A DNA stretch of 64,000 nucleotides, from positions 298,533 to 362,532 of IMG/VR virus record IMGVR_UViG_3300017700_000931; one strand, given 5' to 3'. The notes below the pieces were generated by a model that saw nothing but the letters and a program-made list of their open reading frames with translations, ran no database searches and was not told the DNA's origin. The stretch comes from a virus (taxonomy: Duplodnaviria; Caudoviricetes). Within the stretch, counting starts at the first letter, position 1; each line of letters opens with the position of its first letter. Shown one piece after another: positions 1 through 8,770 of the stretch. The translations under genes and the position numbers were made by a program.

Positions 1-245
1 GGGTCAGTATTTATTCTATGTTTGCGATATTCTCTATTATATTCTATTAGGTCAGTTTTATTATCTTTATAATATTGTTTTATTTTATCTGGATTTTCCT
101 CACGATATTTTTTATTGCGAATTTTATATTCTTCCTGTCTTGTTTTCCTTCTTTTACGGTCATATTCTTTCTTTTTAGATTTATTCTTTTCTTTGTTCTT
201 ATGATAGTGATTCAAAGCCCTAGCTTTTTCTATTTCTGTTGACAT
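1..245 (-). CDS. Partial Lys/Arg/Glu-rich protein, runs off the window start; N-terminus resembles phage endonuclease-associated basic repeats
   Basis: Hand-translated from ATG at 245: MSTEIEKARALNHYHKNKEKNKSKKKEYDRKRRK...YNREYRKHRINTD, no stop before base 1; not in ORF track. Confidence 0.7.
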   Translation of the reverse strand, partial: MSTEIEKARALNHYHKNKEKNKSKKKEYDRKRRKTRQEEYKIRNKKYREENPDKIKQYYKDNKTDLIEYNREYRKHRINTD

Positions 246-292
246 AATTAGTTTTGTGTTTAATATAATTATACAAAATTATTTTGTAAATG

Positions 293-324
293 TTTGGTAG
301 ATTGAAATATTATACATATCTTTG
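293..324 (+). promoter_or_regulatory. Bacteroidota-type sigma70 promoter
   Basis: TTTG(293-296)-N20-TATCTTTG(317-324). Confidence 0.75.
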
Positions 325-336
325 TCAAAAAAAAAT

Positions 337-771
337 ATGAAAACAATTAAATTAATGATGATAACACTAATAACGTGTTTAATGTTGAATTGTACAACAA
401 CTGACAATTCGGTTTCCGAAACCAGCAACAAAGTTCCATCTAGTGGTGAAGTTATGGTTGATAATGGTGAAGGTAAAACAGTAAGTATTCCATACAACAT
501 TATGTTTGGGGTTGACACTCTGTTAACATTTAAAAATTTAAATGATATTGCTGACAAAGCTAACAGTGATGCAATAAATTCATGTGTGAACGAACGAACA
601 TTTAAACCAGAAAAAATGAGTATGTTCAGACATTCCAATTCTGATACTTTAAGCGTTACATATAAATTTGTTGCAGCTAATTCATATGGTGTTGAAGAAA
701 ATCTAACAAACATAATGTTTGTTAGTATTGATTCATTAATTAATGAAAATTATAATTTTGTTATTAAATAA
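337..771 (+). CDS. Putative lipoprotein
   Basis: ATG 337 after promoter; MKTIK, hydrophobic stretch, then LMLN-C lipobox-like Cys. Confidence 0.6.
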   Translation: MKTIKLMMITLITCLMLNCTTTDNSVSETSNKVPSSGEVMVDNGEGKTVSIPYNIMFGVDTLLTFKNLNDIADKANSDAINSCVNERTFKPEKMSMFRHSNSDTLSVTYKFVAANSYGVEENLTNIMFVSIDSLINENYNFVIK

Positions 772-790
772 TACAAATGTTTTAGTGTAT

Positions 791-828
791 AATAATGAAA
801 GGCTGGGTATACCCAGCCTTTCATTATT
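791..828. terminator. Perfect 38-bp palindrome, probable terminator hairpin
   Basis: AATAATGAAAGGCTGGGTA|TACCCAGCCTTTCATTATT, intergenic. Confidence 0.65.
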
Positions 829-848
829 TAATTAAATAAAATTTTTAG

Positions 849-1373
849 ATGACAAAAGATTATTATGCAACATCTCAGACCATTGAAGGTTGGGTTGAAA
901 GTATTGAAAAGAAATTTCATAATATATCTGTTAGAGATTATCAGGAAATCGCTGATACGTTAGATATCACTTCACCAGTTGAGATTGATAAAATCAAAAA
1001 AGCACAACTAATCATATTTGGTAAACAACTTGGAGTGCTGTCTTTCGAAGATGCTTGTAGAAAATTAGGTCATACTACAGTATTACCAGTCAGTAATAAA
1101 TTTGTTATTGCCGGACATAAGTTAAGCATCATTGCTGAAGCACTAAATGAAGGATGGATTCCCAACTGGAATAATGAACAAGAATATAAGTATGTACCTG
1201 TTTTCGATATGCGAACCTCTGCAACGAAAGGAGTGTCTTTCGTTTATGTTGATACTCTTTGGAATCATACTCACTCGGTTGTCGGCTCTCCCCTTTGTTA
1301 TAAAACCAATGATTTGGCATACTTTATTGCCAATTATTTTATTGATTTGTATCAAGATTATATGTCTATGTAA
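849..1373 (+). CDS. Phage hypothetical protein, paralog of 52830-53351
   Basis: Shared TIExWVxxIEKKF, SxEDAC.KLG, HKL.II..A.N.G..PNW, NYFIDLYQD.M. Confidence 0.8.
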   Translation: MTKDYYATSQTIEGWVESIEKKFHNISVRDYQEIADTLDITSPVEIDKIKKAQLIIFGKQLGVLSFEDACRKLGHTTVLPVSNKFVIAGHKLSIIAEALNEGWIPNWNNEQEYKYVPVFDMRTSATKGVSFVYVDTLWNHTHSVVGSPLCYKTNDLAYFIANYFIDLYQDYMSM

Positions 1374-1430
1374 AATATGGAGGTAGCTGAAAATCCTAGA
1401 TAAGAGTAGGCAAAACAAATAAATCACATT

Positions 1431-1553
1431 ATGAAAACTTTTTTTAAAAATGTATTTACGATTGCAACAGGAATTATTGTTGCACTTGTAATTATAGGTG
1501 GGATTGTTGTGGCTGTCCTTTATGCTACAAATCCTAATCTAATGAATTATTAG
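1431..1553 (+). CDS. 40-aa single-pass membrane peptide
   Basis: Hand-translated MKTFFKNVFTIATGIIVALVIIGGIVVAVLYATNPNLMNY; followed by terminator. Confidence 0.6.
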   Translation: MKTFFKNVFTIATGIIVALVIIGGIVVAVLYATNPNLMNY

Positions 1554-1560
1554 TAAATCA

Positions 1561-1590
1561 GGGCAGTCTTAGACTGCCCCTTTTTATTTA
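1561..1590 (+). terminator. Rho-independent terminator
   Basis: GGGCAGTC-TTA-GACTGCCC then CTTTTTATTT. Confidence 0.85.
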
Positions 1591-1645
1591 TCTTAGTGGT
1601 TCCCAGCCATCGTTCGTTATACCAATTTGTAAAATAATTCACTTT

Positions 1646-1708
1646 TTATTTGGTAGAACCAAATAATTGTATTATCTTTGTTACATCATCAATTAAAACC
1701 AACCACTT
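1646..1708 (+). promoter_or_regulatory. Promoter-leader cassette with palindromic -33 region (copy 1)
   Basis: TTATTTGGT-AGA-ACCAAATAA (1646-1666); TTTG-N20-TATCTTTG(1673-1680); leader CATCATCAATTAAAACCAACC. Confidence 0.85.
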
Positions 1709-1939
1709 ATGCTAAACACAAACAGAAGATTCAGAGTAGTATTTCTTGATAGAGAAGATGTCAAAGAGAAGGATTTCTCAATGAAAGAATTATTGCTGGA
1801 TGATGATGGTACAGAACTTTGTTACGCAGCACAAGATATTGCTGATGACATTCTTGACCTAAAATTGTGGGAAACATTATTCTTCCAGACAAACAGAGAT
1901 GACAAGAATGCAAAAGGATTGATTATTCGGATTGACTAA
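1709..1939 (+). CDS. Hypothetical protein
   Basis: ORF directly after promoter cassette. Confidence 0.75.
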   Translation: MLNTNRRFRVVFLDREDVKEKDFSMKELLLDDDGTELCYAAQDIADDILDLKLWETLFFQTNRDDKNAKGLIIRID

Positions 1940-1975
1940 GGGGCCAAAAACCCTTTATCATTAAAAAAATAATTT

Positions 1976-2341
1976 ATGAAAATTGAAAATTTAGGTAAGT
2001 TCAGAGTAGGTGGTTCAATTAACACCCAATTCGAAACCGGATTGGCGTTGGAGCGAATTATGATTGCCAGTGGTGAACGAGTAAATGGTCTTACTAGTTT
2101 TCTTACCACCCTAGAATTTTTTGGTCATGTTATTCTCATATTAACTGGTCTGTTTATTCTTGCTGCTTATGGTTTGATTTATTTAGTTTTATTTTTTATT
2201 GAGGTTTATAAATATATAACCGGATATGATAAAAGACGTGAAGCTAATGCTAGTCGATTGACTGAAGAAGAAATTGATAAACGATTAGCAAAGTTTGAGA
2301 TGACCGAAGAGGAAGAAAAAGAAGTTGAAAATTTTCATTAA
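1976..2341 (+). CDS. Hypothetical membrane protein
   Basis: Central hydrophobic segment, acidic tail. Confidence 0.7.
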   Translation: MKIENLGKFRVGGSINTQFETGLALERIMIASGERVNGLTSFLTTLEFFGHVILILTGLFILAAYGLIYLVLFFIEVYKYITGYDKRREANASRLTEEEIDKRLAKFEMTEEEEKEVENFH

Positions 2342-2351
2342 AATATAATTT

Positions 2352-2771
2352 ATGGCTGAAACATTATTACCAATAAATTCTTGTAAAGAATGTCCTTTCT
2401 TTAAAACAGGAAACCAATGGTCTAGTGATGGTTGGGACCGGATGGAGGACTGGATTTGTACTAAACATGAACCAGAAAAGGTAATTCAAGGTTCAGTTGA
2501 ATGGCATGAAGAAAAAAGGATTAATATTCCTGATTGGTGTCCATTGCCTAATGATAAATTTAAAAAGGCTATTATTGAAGAATTGGTTGGTGTAGTTCTT
2601 CAGAACCCTGATATGGTTTCTGATACTTTTGTCTATAAAGATAAATTCACCTTTACCAGATTAACAAAGGACATGCTTTGGTATGTAACTTACGATAACA
2701 AAATTATTGCCCATGGGCAATACCGTCATGATATTGAGCAATGGATTGATATTGCTTATAAATTAAAATAA
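2352..2771 (+). CDS. Hypothetical protein with Cys motifs
   Basis: CKECPFF, WIC, WCPL; packed gene run. Confidence 0.7.
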   Translation: MAETLLPINSCKECPFFKTGNQWSSDGWDRMEDWICTKHEPEKVIQGSVEWHEEKRINIPDWCPLPNDKFKKAIIEELVGVVLQNPDMVSDTFVYKDKFTFTRLTKDMLWYVTYDNKIIAHGQYRHDIEQWIDIAYKLK

Positions 2772-2796
2772 ATTTGAAATAACTTAAAATTATTGT

Positions 2797-3420
2797 ATGA
2801 AACATAGAGTGATAATGGAAGCTATTCTGGAGGCACACCAAAACGTAGAAAAATATGGTGAAACTTGGTATGTCCTGAATGATGATTTCTTCTCCGTAGT
2901 TAAAGAGTCATACTTCATTACTGATGAAGGTGTGAGAAAAGATAAACCATTTGTTTCTTTGTATAACACTGATGACAAGTTTTATGGTAGTCGTGGTGTT
3001 GGACATATTATTGAATATGTGAATGGTGAAGTAAAACCCACCATGCTTGATATTGAAATTAATAGCATTTGGGATGACTTTGAACAACCCTATGGTGACC
3101 GAGTGAAAGAGGTTGGTAGAAATATGGTAATGATGGGTACTATTGGTCACGGACATACACTTGGTCTTCACCACCTATTACCTATAGCTAGGTCAGCTCA
3201 TAGTCATGGTATGGACCATACCATAATTAATAAAGACGTGATTGAGGTTTATGATATGCCACGCCCAGAGTTGCCAAAAAATTTGTTGAAAACCATTCAA
3301 AGTGTGGATACAATATACGATGATAGTGAAAAACCTACACCGAAAGATATTGAAAAAATACGCAAAAAGCTCAGAATGAAACGTAAGAAAAAAGGTAAGA
3401 AAACTCACCGCAAAAAATAA
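2797..3420 (+). CDS. Hypothetical protein, His-rich patch and basic tail
   Basis: GHGHTLGLHH..AHSHG; C-term KKLRMKRKKKGKKTHRKK. Confidence 0.7.
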   Translation: MKHRVIMEAILEAHQNVEKYGETWYVLNDDFFSVVKESYFITDEGVRKDKPFVSLYNTDDKFYGSRGVGHIIEYVNGEVKPTMLDIEINSIWDDFEQPYGDRVKEVGRNMVMMGTIGHGHTLGLHHLLPIARSAHSHGMDHTIINKDVIEVYDMPRPELPKNLLKTIQSVDTIYDDSEKPTPKDIEKIRKKLRMKRKKKGKKTHRKK

Positions 3421-3428
3421 TTTTTTAC

Positions 3429-4109
3429 ATGAAAGTTATTTTAACTGAAATAGAATTGACTAACGGAACGTTTACTGAAAAACAATTAAGCGTTTTGCAT
3501 AAGTATTATGCGAGTGCTCGATTTAAAACATTGGATGATTTTGCTCTGAACACCTACGATAATGGATATTCCGAAGACAAAGAGAAAAATATTGAACTTC
3601 AGAAAATAAGGTTCGACGAGTATTTAGCAAAGGACACTAAAGAACTGTATGGGTATTCACATTCTTTTACTTGTGATATTAATTTATTCTTAACCGACTT
3701 CCCAAGCCTATTATTTAAAATAAAAGGTACTAAGGAAGTCATGGTAGACGTTGATAAATCTGATGCATTAAAATTACAGCAAAAAGCCATCGATGAGATG
3801 GTTAAAAATCAACAAAAAAGGCTAGAATCAATGATGAAGTCTTTTGTGATTATGTCACAAAATATTGCTGAAAACCTTAAGGTTGAAACTCTAAACCAAA
3901 AATGTGATGTGCATGTTGGTGGTGGTCTTTTATTAACAATTAATGAAACTCTTCTATTGGAGGATGCATGTACTGACCGATTACAGACCGAACTAAATTC
4001 TGGCTGGCGTATTATTGCAGTTAGTGTACAAGCTGATTGCCGGAGACCAGACTATATCTTAGGTAGATTCAATCCAACTCTTGAAATTGATGGTAGAGCT
4101 AAAAGATAA
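3429..4109 (+). CDS. Hypothetical protein
   Basis: 226-aa ORF in packed run. Confidence 0.75.
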   Translation: MKVILTEIELTNGTFTEKQLSVLHKYYASARFKTLDDFALNTYDNGYSEDKEKNIELQKIRFDEYLAKDTKELYGYSHSFTCDINLFLTDFPSLLFKIKGTKEVMVDVDKSDALKLQQKAIDEMVKNQQKRLESMMKSFVIMSQNIAENLKVETLNQKCDVHVGGGLLLTINETLLLEDACTDRLQTELNSGWRIIAVSVQADCRRPDYILGRFNPTLEIDGRAKR

Positions 4110-4117
4110 TTCATATT

Positions 4118-4177
4118 TTATTTGGTAGAACCAAATAATTGTATTATATTTGTCAAAACATTATTAAAATCGACCGT
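4118..4177 (+). promoter_or_regulatory. Promoter-leader cassette with palindromic -33 region (copy 2)
   Basis: TTATTTGGT-AGA-ACCAAATAA (4118-4138); TTTG-N20-TATATTTG(4145-4152). Confidence 0.85.
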
Positions 4178-5203
4178 ATGAATTTAGAGGAAATTAAACA
4201 AGCTATTGCTGAACAACGTATGAAAAGTTCACGCCATGCTGTTGAAATTGATAACCTACAAAATAAAAACATTAAGGACTTCACAACAGAAGACACGGTT
4301 TACTTGACCCTAAAGGGTAAAGATAATAATACAACTTACCTTTGTCAATTTATTAAATTCGAAAATGGTAGAGTCTTTGGTAAAGCATTGCAAGCAATGA
4401 TTAACCCTGATACCTATTACTACCAAATTGATAAAGGATTAGATATTAACGTTAAACCAGAAGACGCTAGTTTAAAGGGTAAACTACCTAGTGATGATTA
4501 TTCACATTACCACCATTGCAATTCCATTGGTCGTTTCTATGATGAAAACCTAGAAGCACCACTTGATGATATGAATGTCAAAACACATGAGAGTTATGGT
4601 GTTATTGGATTCAGCAAAGTTTCAACCAGAAACATGACGTTATTTGGTAGCAGCATTAAGCATGACCAAATAATTACCCTAAAGATTTCTACGGCCAGTC
4701 AAAACAGACAATTCAACCGAGATTCTTACTATGCCAAAAATGAAATAATTGAGGTGGCTATGTCGCATTCACAATTTGCTGAAATGATTACGTCATTCAA
4801 CAGAGGTGATGGCATTCCTTGTACTATTAAAACGCTACAAGGTAAACGAATGGCTGAACCGAATTACATTTCTAAAGTAGAACAGACTAACCGAGAGTTC
4901 CAGACCAAGATGTCTAACTTAAGTGTTAAGTTGAAAAACCTCACTGAAAAAACTGATGCAATTTTAGGTAAGACTTCAATTACTAAGGCTGACCGTGAAG
5001 CAATTAAAAAAGACATTGCTAAATTGACACAAGAGATTGGTGCAAACATGCCATTCGTTGCTGAACAATTTGCTGAACAAATGGATAAAACCATTTCTGA
5101 AGCTAAGAGTGAAGTTGAGGCGTTCATTGCAAACCGGATGGAAGAAAAAGGTCTAGGTGGCCCAACCGCAAGTGGTTTGTTGGGTGATGGCTCTGGTAAT
5201 TAA
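4178..5203 (+). CDS. Conserved phage hypothetical protein with C-terminal coiled coil
   Basis: ATG 4178 after promoter; HESYGVIGFS..LFGSSIKH..EVAMSHSQFAEMITSFNRGDGIPCTI recalled from other phage proteins. Confidence 0.7.
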   Translation: MNLEEIKQAIAEQRMKSSRHAVEIDNLQNKNIKDFTTEDTVYLTLKGKDNNTTYLCQFIKFENGRVFGKALQAMINPDTYYYQIDKGLDINVKPEDASLKGKLPSDDYSHYHHCNSIGRFYDENLEAPLDDMNVKTHESYGVIGFSKVSTRNMTLFGSSIKHDQIITLKISTASQNRQFNRDSYYAKNEIIEVAMSHSQFAEMITSFNRGDGIPCTIKTLQGKRMAEPNYISKVEQTNREFQTKMSNLSVKLKNLTEKTDAILGKTSITKADREAIKKDIAKLTQEIGANMPFVAEQFAEQMDKTISEAKSEVEAFIANRMEEKGLGGPTASGLLGDGSGN

Positions 5204-5220
5204 TTTAAAATTATTTTAAG

Positions 5221-5541
5221 ATGAAAAATACTACAGTAAAAGAATTGATTGAGGATTACAGACGACGACTTAAAACCGTTGATGACATGCTATTGACTGA
5301 TAAAAACTCTGGCAGCATTAATGATGAGAAGAAATTTGAAAGACTCAGAACAAAGGCTGGTGAATACAGAAGCATTATTACTGACCTTGAAAATGTAAGT
5401 GGACCGGATGAAGCAATTTTGTCTGCATTGGGTCAGACTCACCAGTCTCTTAAACTGATGTCAGAAAGTAAAGCAGTTAAATGTTTGGATGAGGTATTTG
5501 CAAACAACGAACGAATTTTAAACGAATACATAAAAGGATAA
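5221..5541 (+). CDS. Hypothetical protein
   Basis: Packed gene run. Confidence 0.7.
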   Translation: MKNTTVKELIEDYRRRLKTVDDMLLTDKNSGSINDEKKFERLRTKAGEYRSIITDLENVSGPDEAILSALGQTHQSLKLMSESKAVKCLDEVFANNERILNEYIKG

Positions 5542-5545
5542 TACT

Positions 5546-5842
5546 ATGGGATTTTTATTAGGGATTGCAATATTTGTTGGATTATTATTTTATTCATGCT
5601 TTGCTTGGGGATTTGTTGTTTCAAAATTCTATGCGTGGTTTATTATTCCACTATTTCCTGACGTGCCGAACATTAGTGTGGCTGGCTTCATTGGTATTAT
5701 GTTGTTTCTATTCGCATTATTACCTAAGCATGTCAATTCAATTAGAGATGAATACAAGAATGTTGGTATGGAATGGGGTGGCTCGTTGCTTGGTCCTTGG
5801 CTCAGTTTATTTTGTGGTTGGTTAATATACTTGTGGGTTTAA
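5546..5842 (+). CDS. Hypothetical multi-pass membrane protein
   Basis: Three hydrophobic segments. Confidence 0.7.
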   Translation: MGFLLGIAIFVGLLFYSCFAWGFVVSKFYAWFIIPLFPDVPNISVAGFIGIMLFLFALLPKHVNSIRDEYKNVGMEWGGSLLGPWLSLFCGWLIYLWV

Positions 5843-5861
5843 AAAATAACCTATATCTTTG
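5831..5861 (+). promoter_or_regulatory. Bacteroidota-type promoter
   Basis: TTG(5831)-N20-TATCTTTG(5854-5861). Confidence 0.65.
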
Positions 5862-5890
5862 CCTCATAACTATTTTATAAAATTATAATA

Positions 5891-6253
5891 ATGAGCGAAA
5901 AGATTTTTATCTTCGATGAAGAAGGTTCACGATACGAAGTGACTAACATTGAGGCTTTACTTAAAGAAGTTGATAATGATGGATTAGAAATAATTTACAA
6001 ATCAACTAGGTACTATCATGAGTTTAACAAGACAATCCTAGAATTAATTGAGCACCGGATTATAGAACAAACTGAAGGAACACCATACGAATGTGGCGGT
6101 GTTGAGATTGGTCTAAAAGCGTTTGAGGATGAAATCACTAAACGACTGGGTGCTGAGAAATTGGCTGAATTCATAACTGAGACCGATGCCCAATGGGAAG
6201 AAAACAAACCGAATGTGACTAAACCACCTGTTGATTTAGGTGACGAAGAATAA
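5891..6253 (+). CDS. Acidic hypothetical protein
   Basis: ORF after promoter. Confidence 0.7.
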   Translation: MSEKIFIFDEEGSRYEVTNIEALLKEVDNDGLEIIYKSTRYYHEFNKTILELIEHRIIEQTEGTPYECGGVEIGLKAFEDEITKRLGAEKLAEFITETDAQWEENKPNVTKPPVDLGDEE

Positions 6254-6276
6254 TATCTAACATAAATTAAAATAAG

Positions 6277-6894
6277 ATGAAAATTATAATGAAGAATCTG
6301 AAGCAAATTAAACCTGCTTCATACAATCCAAAAACACGTACTGAAAGTAGAAACTTAAAGGCGTTGACCAAAAGTATTCAAGAACATGGAATAATTATTC
6401 CATTACTTACTGATGTAAGTGGTAACTTAATTGATGGTCACCGAAGACTAAGAGTTGCTACACTTTTAAAGTTGAAAGAAGTTCCTGTGTTGGAGACTAC
6501 CACATCAATGACAAAGGATGAAGCATTTGAGGCGATAAACACAAATCAAAAAAAGATATCAAATAATGATATGATGTTTATCTATGTCAATGGCGGTAAG
6601 ATTCCACCAAAAGCTTTAAAAGAAATCCAAGAGATTGAAGAAATCGTTGGTAAAGCAGACTTGAAAAAACTGGCAAACCTTTATGTAACTTATCGTGTTT
6701 TAAGTTATGCGAAAAAAGTACAAAAGTATTGCCGAGAAACAAATGACCCTGAGTTCCTACGTAAGTCATTACTTTGGTTGGTTAACAACAAAATGACATT
6801 TACTGTTCGTAGAGCAATGGAAAGTAGAACAAGCCGAACTACCATCGTAAAAGCAGTTAAAACAAATAAACCTTTGAAGACCAATTACAATTAA
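6277..6894 (+). CDS. ParB/Srx N-terminal domain protein
   Basis: IKPASYNP, LTKSIQEHG, LIDGHRRL, EVPV. Confidence 0.8.
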   Translation: MKIIMKNLKQIKPASYNPKTRTESRNLKALTKSIQEHGIIIPLLTDVSGNLIDGHRRLRVATLLKLKEVPVLETTTSMTKDEAFEAINTNQKKISNNDMMFIYVNGGKIPPKALKEIQEIEEIVGKADLKKLANLYVTYRVLSYAKKVQKYCRETNDPEFLRKSLLWLVNNKMTFTVRRAMESRTSRTTIVKAVKTNKPLKTNYN

Positions 6895-6914
6895 TAGGTC
6901 CAAAATAATTTACT

Positions 6915-6950
6915 AAAAACGACATAACTATTTGGTTATGTCGTTTTTTT
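6915..6950 (+). terminator. Rho-independent terminator overlapping the next promoter
   Basis: AAAAACGACATAAC-TATTTG-GTTATGTCGTTTTT(TT). Confidence 0.8.
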
Positions 6951-6962
6951 GTTTTATATTTG
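6931..6962 (+). promoter_or_regulatory. Bacteroidota-type promoter, probably leaderless mRNA
   Basis: TTTG-N20-TATATTTG(6955-6962); ATG 4 nt later. Confidence 0.75.
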
Positions 6963-6966
6963 TACT

Positions 6967-7728
6967 ATGGAAATAATTAAGAATTCATTTAAAGTTTCAA
7001 TTAACTTACCTAAAAAAGATTTCACTGGTTTTGATTATGTGGCCAGTGAAATCCAGATTAATACTGAATTCAGACCTGCGGTAAATACCTTTACATTTAA
7101 ATGTAATATTCCAAAATATATATTTGATGTAGTTGCGGATAGTGATATTAAATACTTCACTAACCCACCTAAACCAGAACATTATTTTGAACGTAAAGAT
7201 AAAAAATTTACCACTACATTATCAGCTCCAACCCTTGATGGCTTACTTAAAGATTTACAAAATATATGTTCTGACGCATTAAGCACCAAAGAAAGAGAAA
7301 CCGCACAAACTGAGAAATATATTGCAATTAAATTTAAGCAAAGTAATTCTAGCCAAAAAGATAATTTTAACTTTGCCAGCATGGGTTTTTTAACAAACTC
7401 CTCATTCCAATTTTTTGTTGTTCATAAAATTATAAAGTCACCTCATAGCCTTGACCGATATAATTTTAAGTCAAATGTCACTAATAGGGCATTAAATAGT
7501 CCTATTCATAATAAACATAAGGATGGGTGGTATTATTTCGGGATTGGTGTCGTTGAACAATTTCAATTAATTAAGTGGACCCAAGAGCGTGAGGATTTCC
7601 TAAAGGATGTGCAAAACAAATTTGTTTTAATGAATGAAAAATTGGAAACATTCTTAGGTGACATTGACGATGATAAAATTATTGAATTAATGTCCAATGC
7701 TCAGTTCTTACTGGGTGATGGCAAATAA
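6967..7728 (+). CDS. Hypothetical protein
   Basis: ATG 6967 just after -7 element. Confidence 0.75.
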   Translation: MEIIKNSFKVSINLPKKDFTGFDYVASEIQINTEFRPAVNTFTFKCNIPKYIFDVVADSDIKYFTNPPKPEHYFERKDKKFTTTLSAPTLDGLLKDLQNICSDALSTKERETAQTEKYIAIKFKQSNSSQKDNFNFASMGFLTNSSFQFFVVHKIIKSPHSLDRYNFKSNVTNRALNSPIHNKHKDGWYYFGIGVVEQFQLIKWTQEREDFLKDVQNKFVLMNEKLETFLGDIDDDKIIELMSNAQFLLGDGK

Positions 7729-7737
7729 AAATAAATT

Positions 7738-8163
7738 ATGGAAAATATTGAGAACGCCGCTGAAAAATGGTATGAAGGAATGTCCAAAGAAGAATGGATT
7801 GAAATGGAAAAAAAACATGGTTATTATGGACATGACATTGGTACTACAAAAGAAGATATTGTAAATATTTATAAGTCTGAATTTAGTACAAAAATAACAA
7901 AACAATCACCCAAAAATGATTTATCTTGGATGTGGCATTGCTCATCTACCCCAGATAATGTTTTAGATTATTCTCATTTAACTGATGTTAGTGATAAAAT
8001 CACACCAGCATTAACTAAAGCTGCGGCACATGGCTTTAGATTAGCCATGAGGAGAATGGAAGAGTTAGGTTTAATTGATATGAATGATATTGATAGAAAA
8101 CCTAATGAGATTGACCAAAAAACATGGGACGAAAAATTTAAAAAAGAAAGTGATGAAGATTAG
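7738..8163 (+). CDS. Hypothetical protein
   Basis: Packed gene run. Confidence 0.7.
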   Translation: MENIENAAEKWYEGMSKEEWIEMEKKHGYYGHDIGTTKEDIVNIYKSEFSTKITKQSPKNDLSWMWHCSSTPDNVLDYSHLTDVSDKITPALTKAAAHGFRLAMRRMEELGLIDMNDIDRKPNEIDQKTWDEKFKKESDED

Positions 8164-8578
8164 TGTTGATTTAATGTTGTATGCCGTAAGAAACCAAGAA
8201 GGTAAGTTCTTCCGGTCCAAGGGTTATGGTGGCTATGGTCAAACATGGGTTGATGATATTAAGTCAGCAAAGATTTATACTAAATTAGGTCAGGCCAGAA
8301 GCCGTGTAACTTGGTTCTCCAATAACTACCCAGAGTTTGGTATTCCAGATGTAATTGAATTACATGTCACCAATGGTACGATTCTTAATGAACAAGGTCG
8401 TGTGGTGAAAGCTATGGCCAAAAAGAAACGTGAAGAAATTAATCGTGAGATAGGTAATGCTCAACGAAAAATTAATGAGGCTCAAGAACAATTACAAAGA
8501 GCTCAGGATAAAAAGGACCTGATTAAAAATCAACAAGAAAAGATTGAAAAACTCAAAGACGATTTGAAAAAAATATAA
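8153..8578 (+). CDS. Hypothetical protein with C-terminal coiled coil
   Basis: ATG 8153 overlaps upstream gene end; K/E/Q-rich tail. Confidence 0.7.
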   Translation: MKISVDLMLYAVRNQEGKFFRSKGYGGYGQTWVDDIKSAKIYTKLGQARSRVTWFSNNYPEFGIPDVIELHVTNGTILNEQGRVVKAMAKKKREEINREIGNAQRKINEAQEQLQRAQDKKDLIKNQQEKIEKLKDDLKKI

Positions 8579-8599
8579 CATCATTAAAAACCACCGAAC

Positions 8600-8764
8600 A
8601 TGATAGCAAGTAAGATACTCAGGACCCCAACCAGAGAAAAACAAAAAAAGAAACAACGCATTCAAGTTCACCGAACAAAGCGTGAAAGGCTATTCACTTC
8701 TGAGGATTTGGCCGGAATGAATTCCTTACTGGCTAAGGCGATTGCAATTATTTATGGAAATTAA
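8600..8764 (+). CDS. 54-aa basic peptide
   Basis: Hand-translated MIASKILRTPTREKQKKKQRIQVHRTKRERLF...; fills gap. Confidence 0.55.
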   Translation: MIASKILRTPTREKQKKKQRIQVHRTKRERLFTSEDLAGMNSLLAKAIAIIYGN

Positions 8765-8770
8765 TTGATA

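Noticed and set aside
322-336. Upstream TTG/TTG-like starts given by the ORF track (322, 4139, 6949, 39818, 58646)
   Set aside because: They lie within or upstream of the -7 promoter element, so downstream ATGs were used
279-713. Antisense and alternate-frame ORFs in the track (e.g. 279-713, 4864-5127, 24322-24771, 33059-33394, 39406-39822, 62793-63140)
   Set aside because: They are shadows of better-supported genes on the locally coding strand
1646-1666. N4-type virion-RNAP hairpin promoter
   Set aside because: AT-rich stem and AGA loop differ from N4 hairpins, and the site fits a host-type -33/-7 promoter with exact spacing
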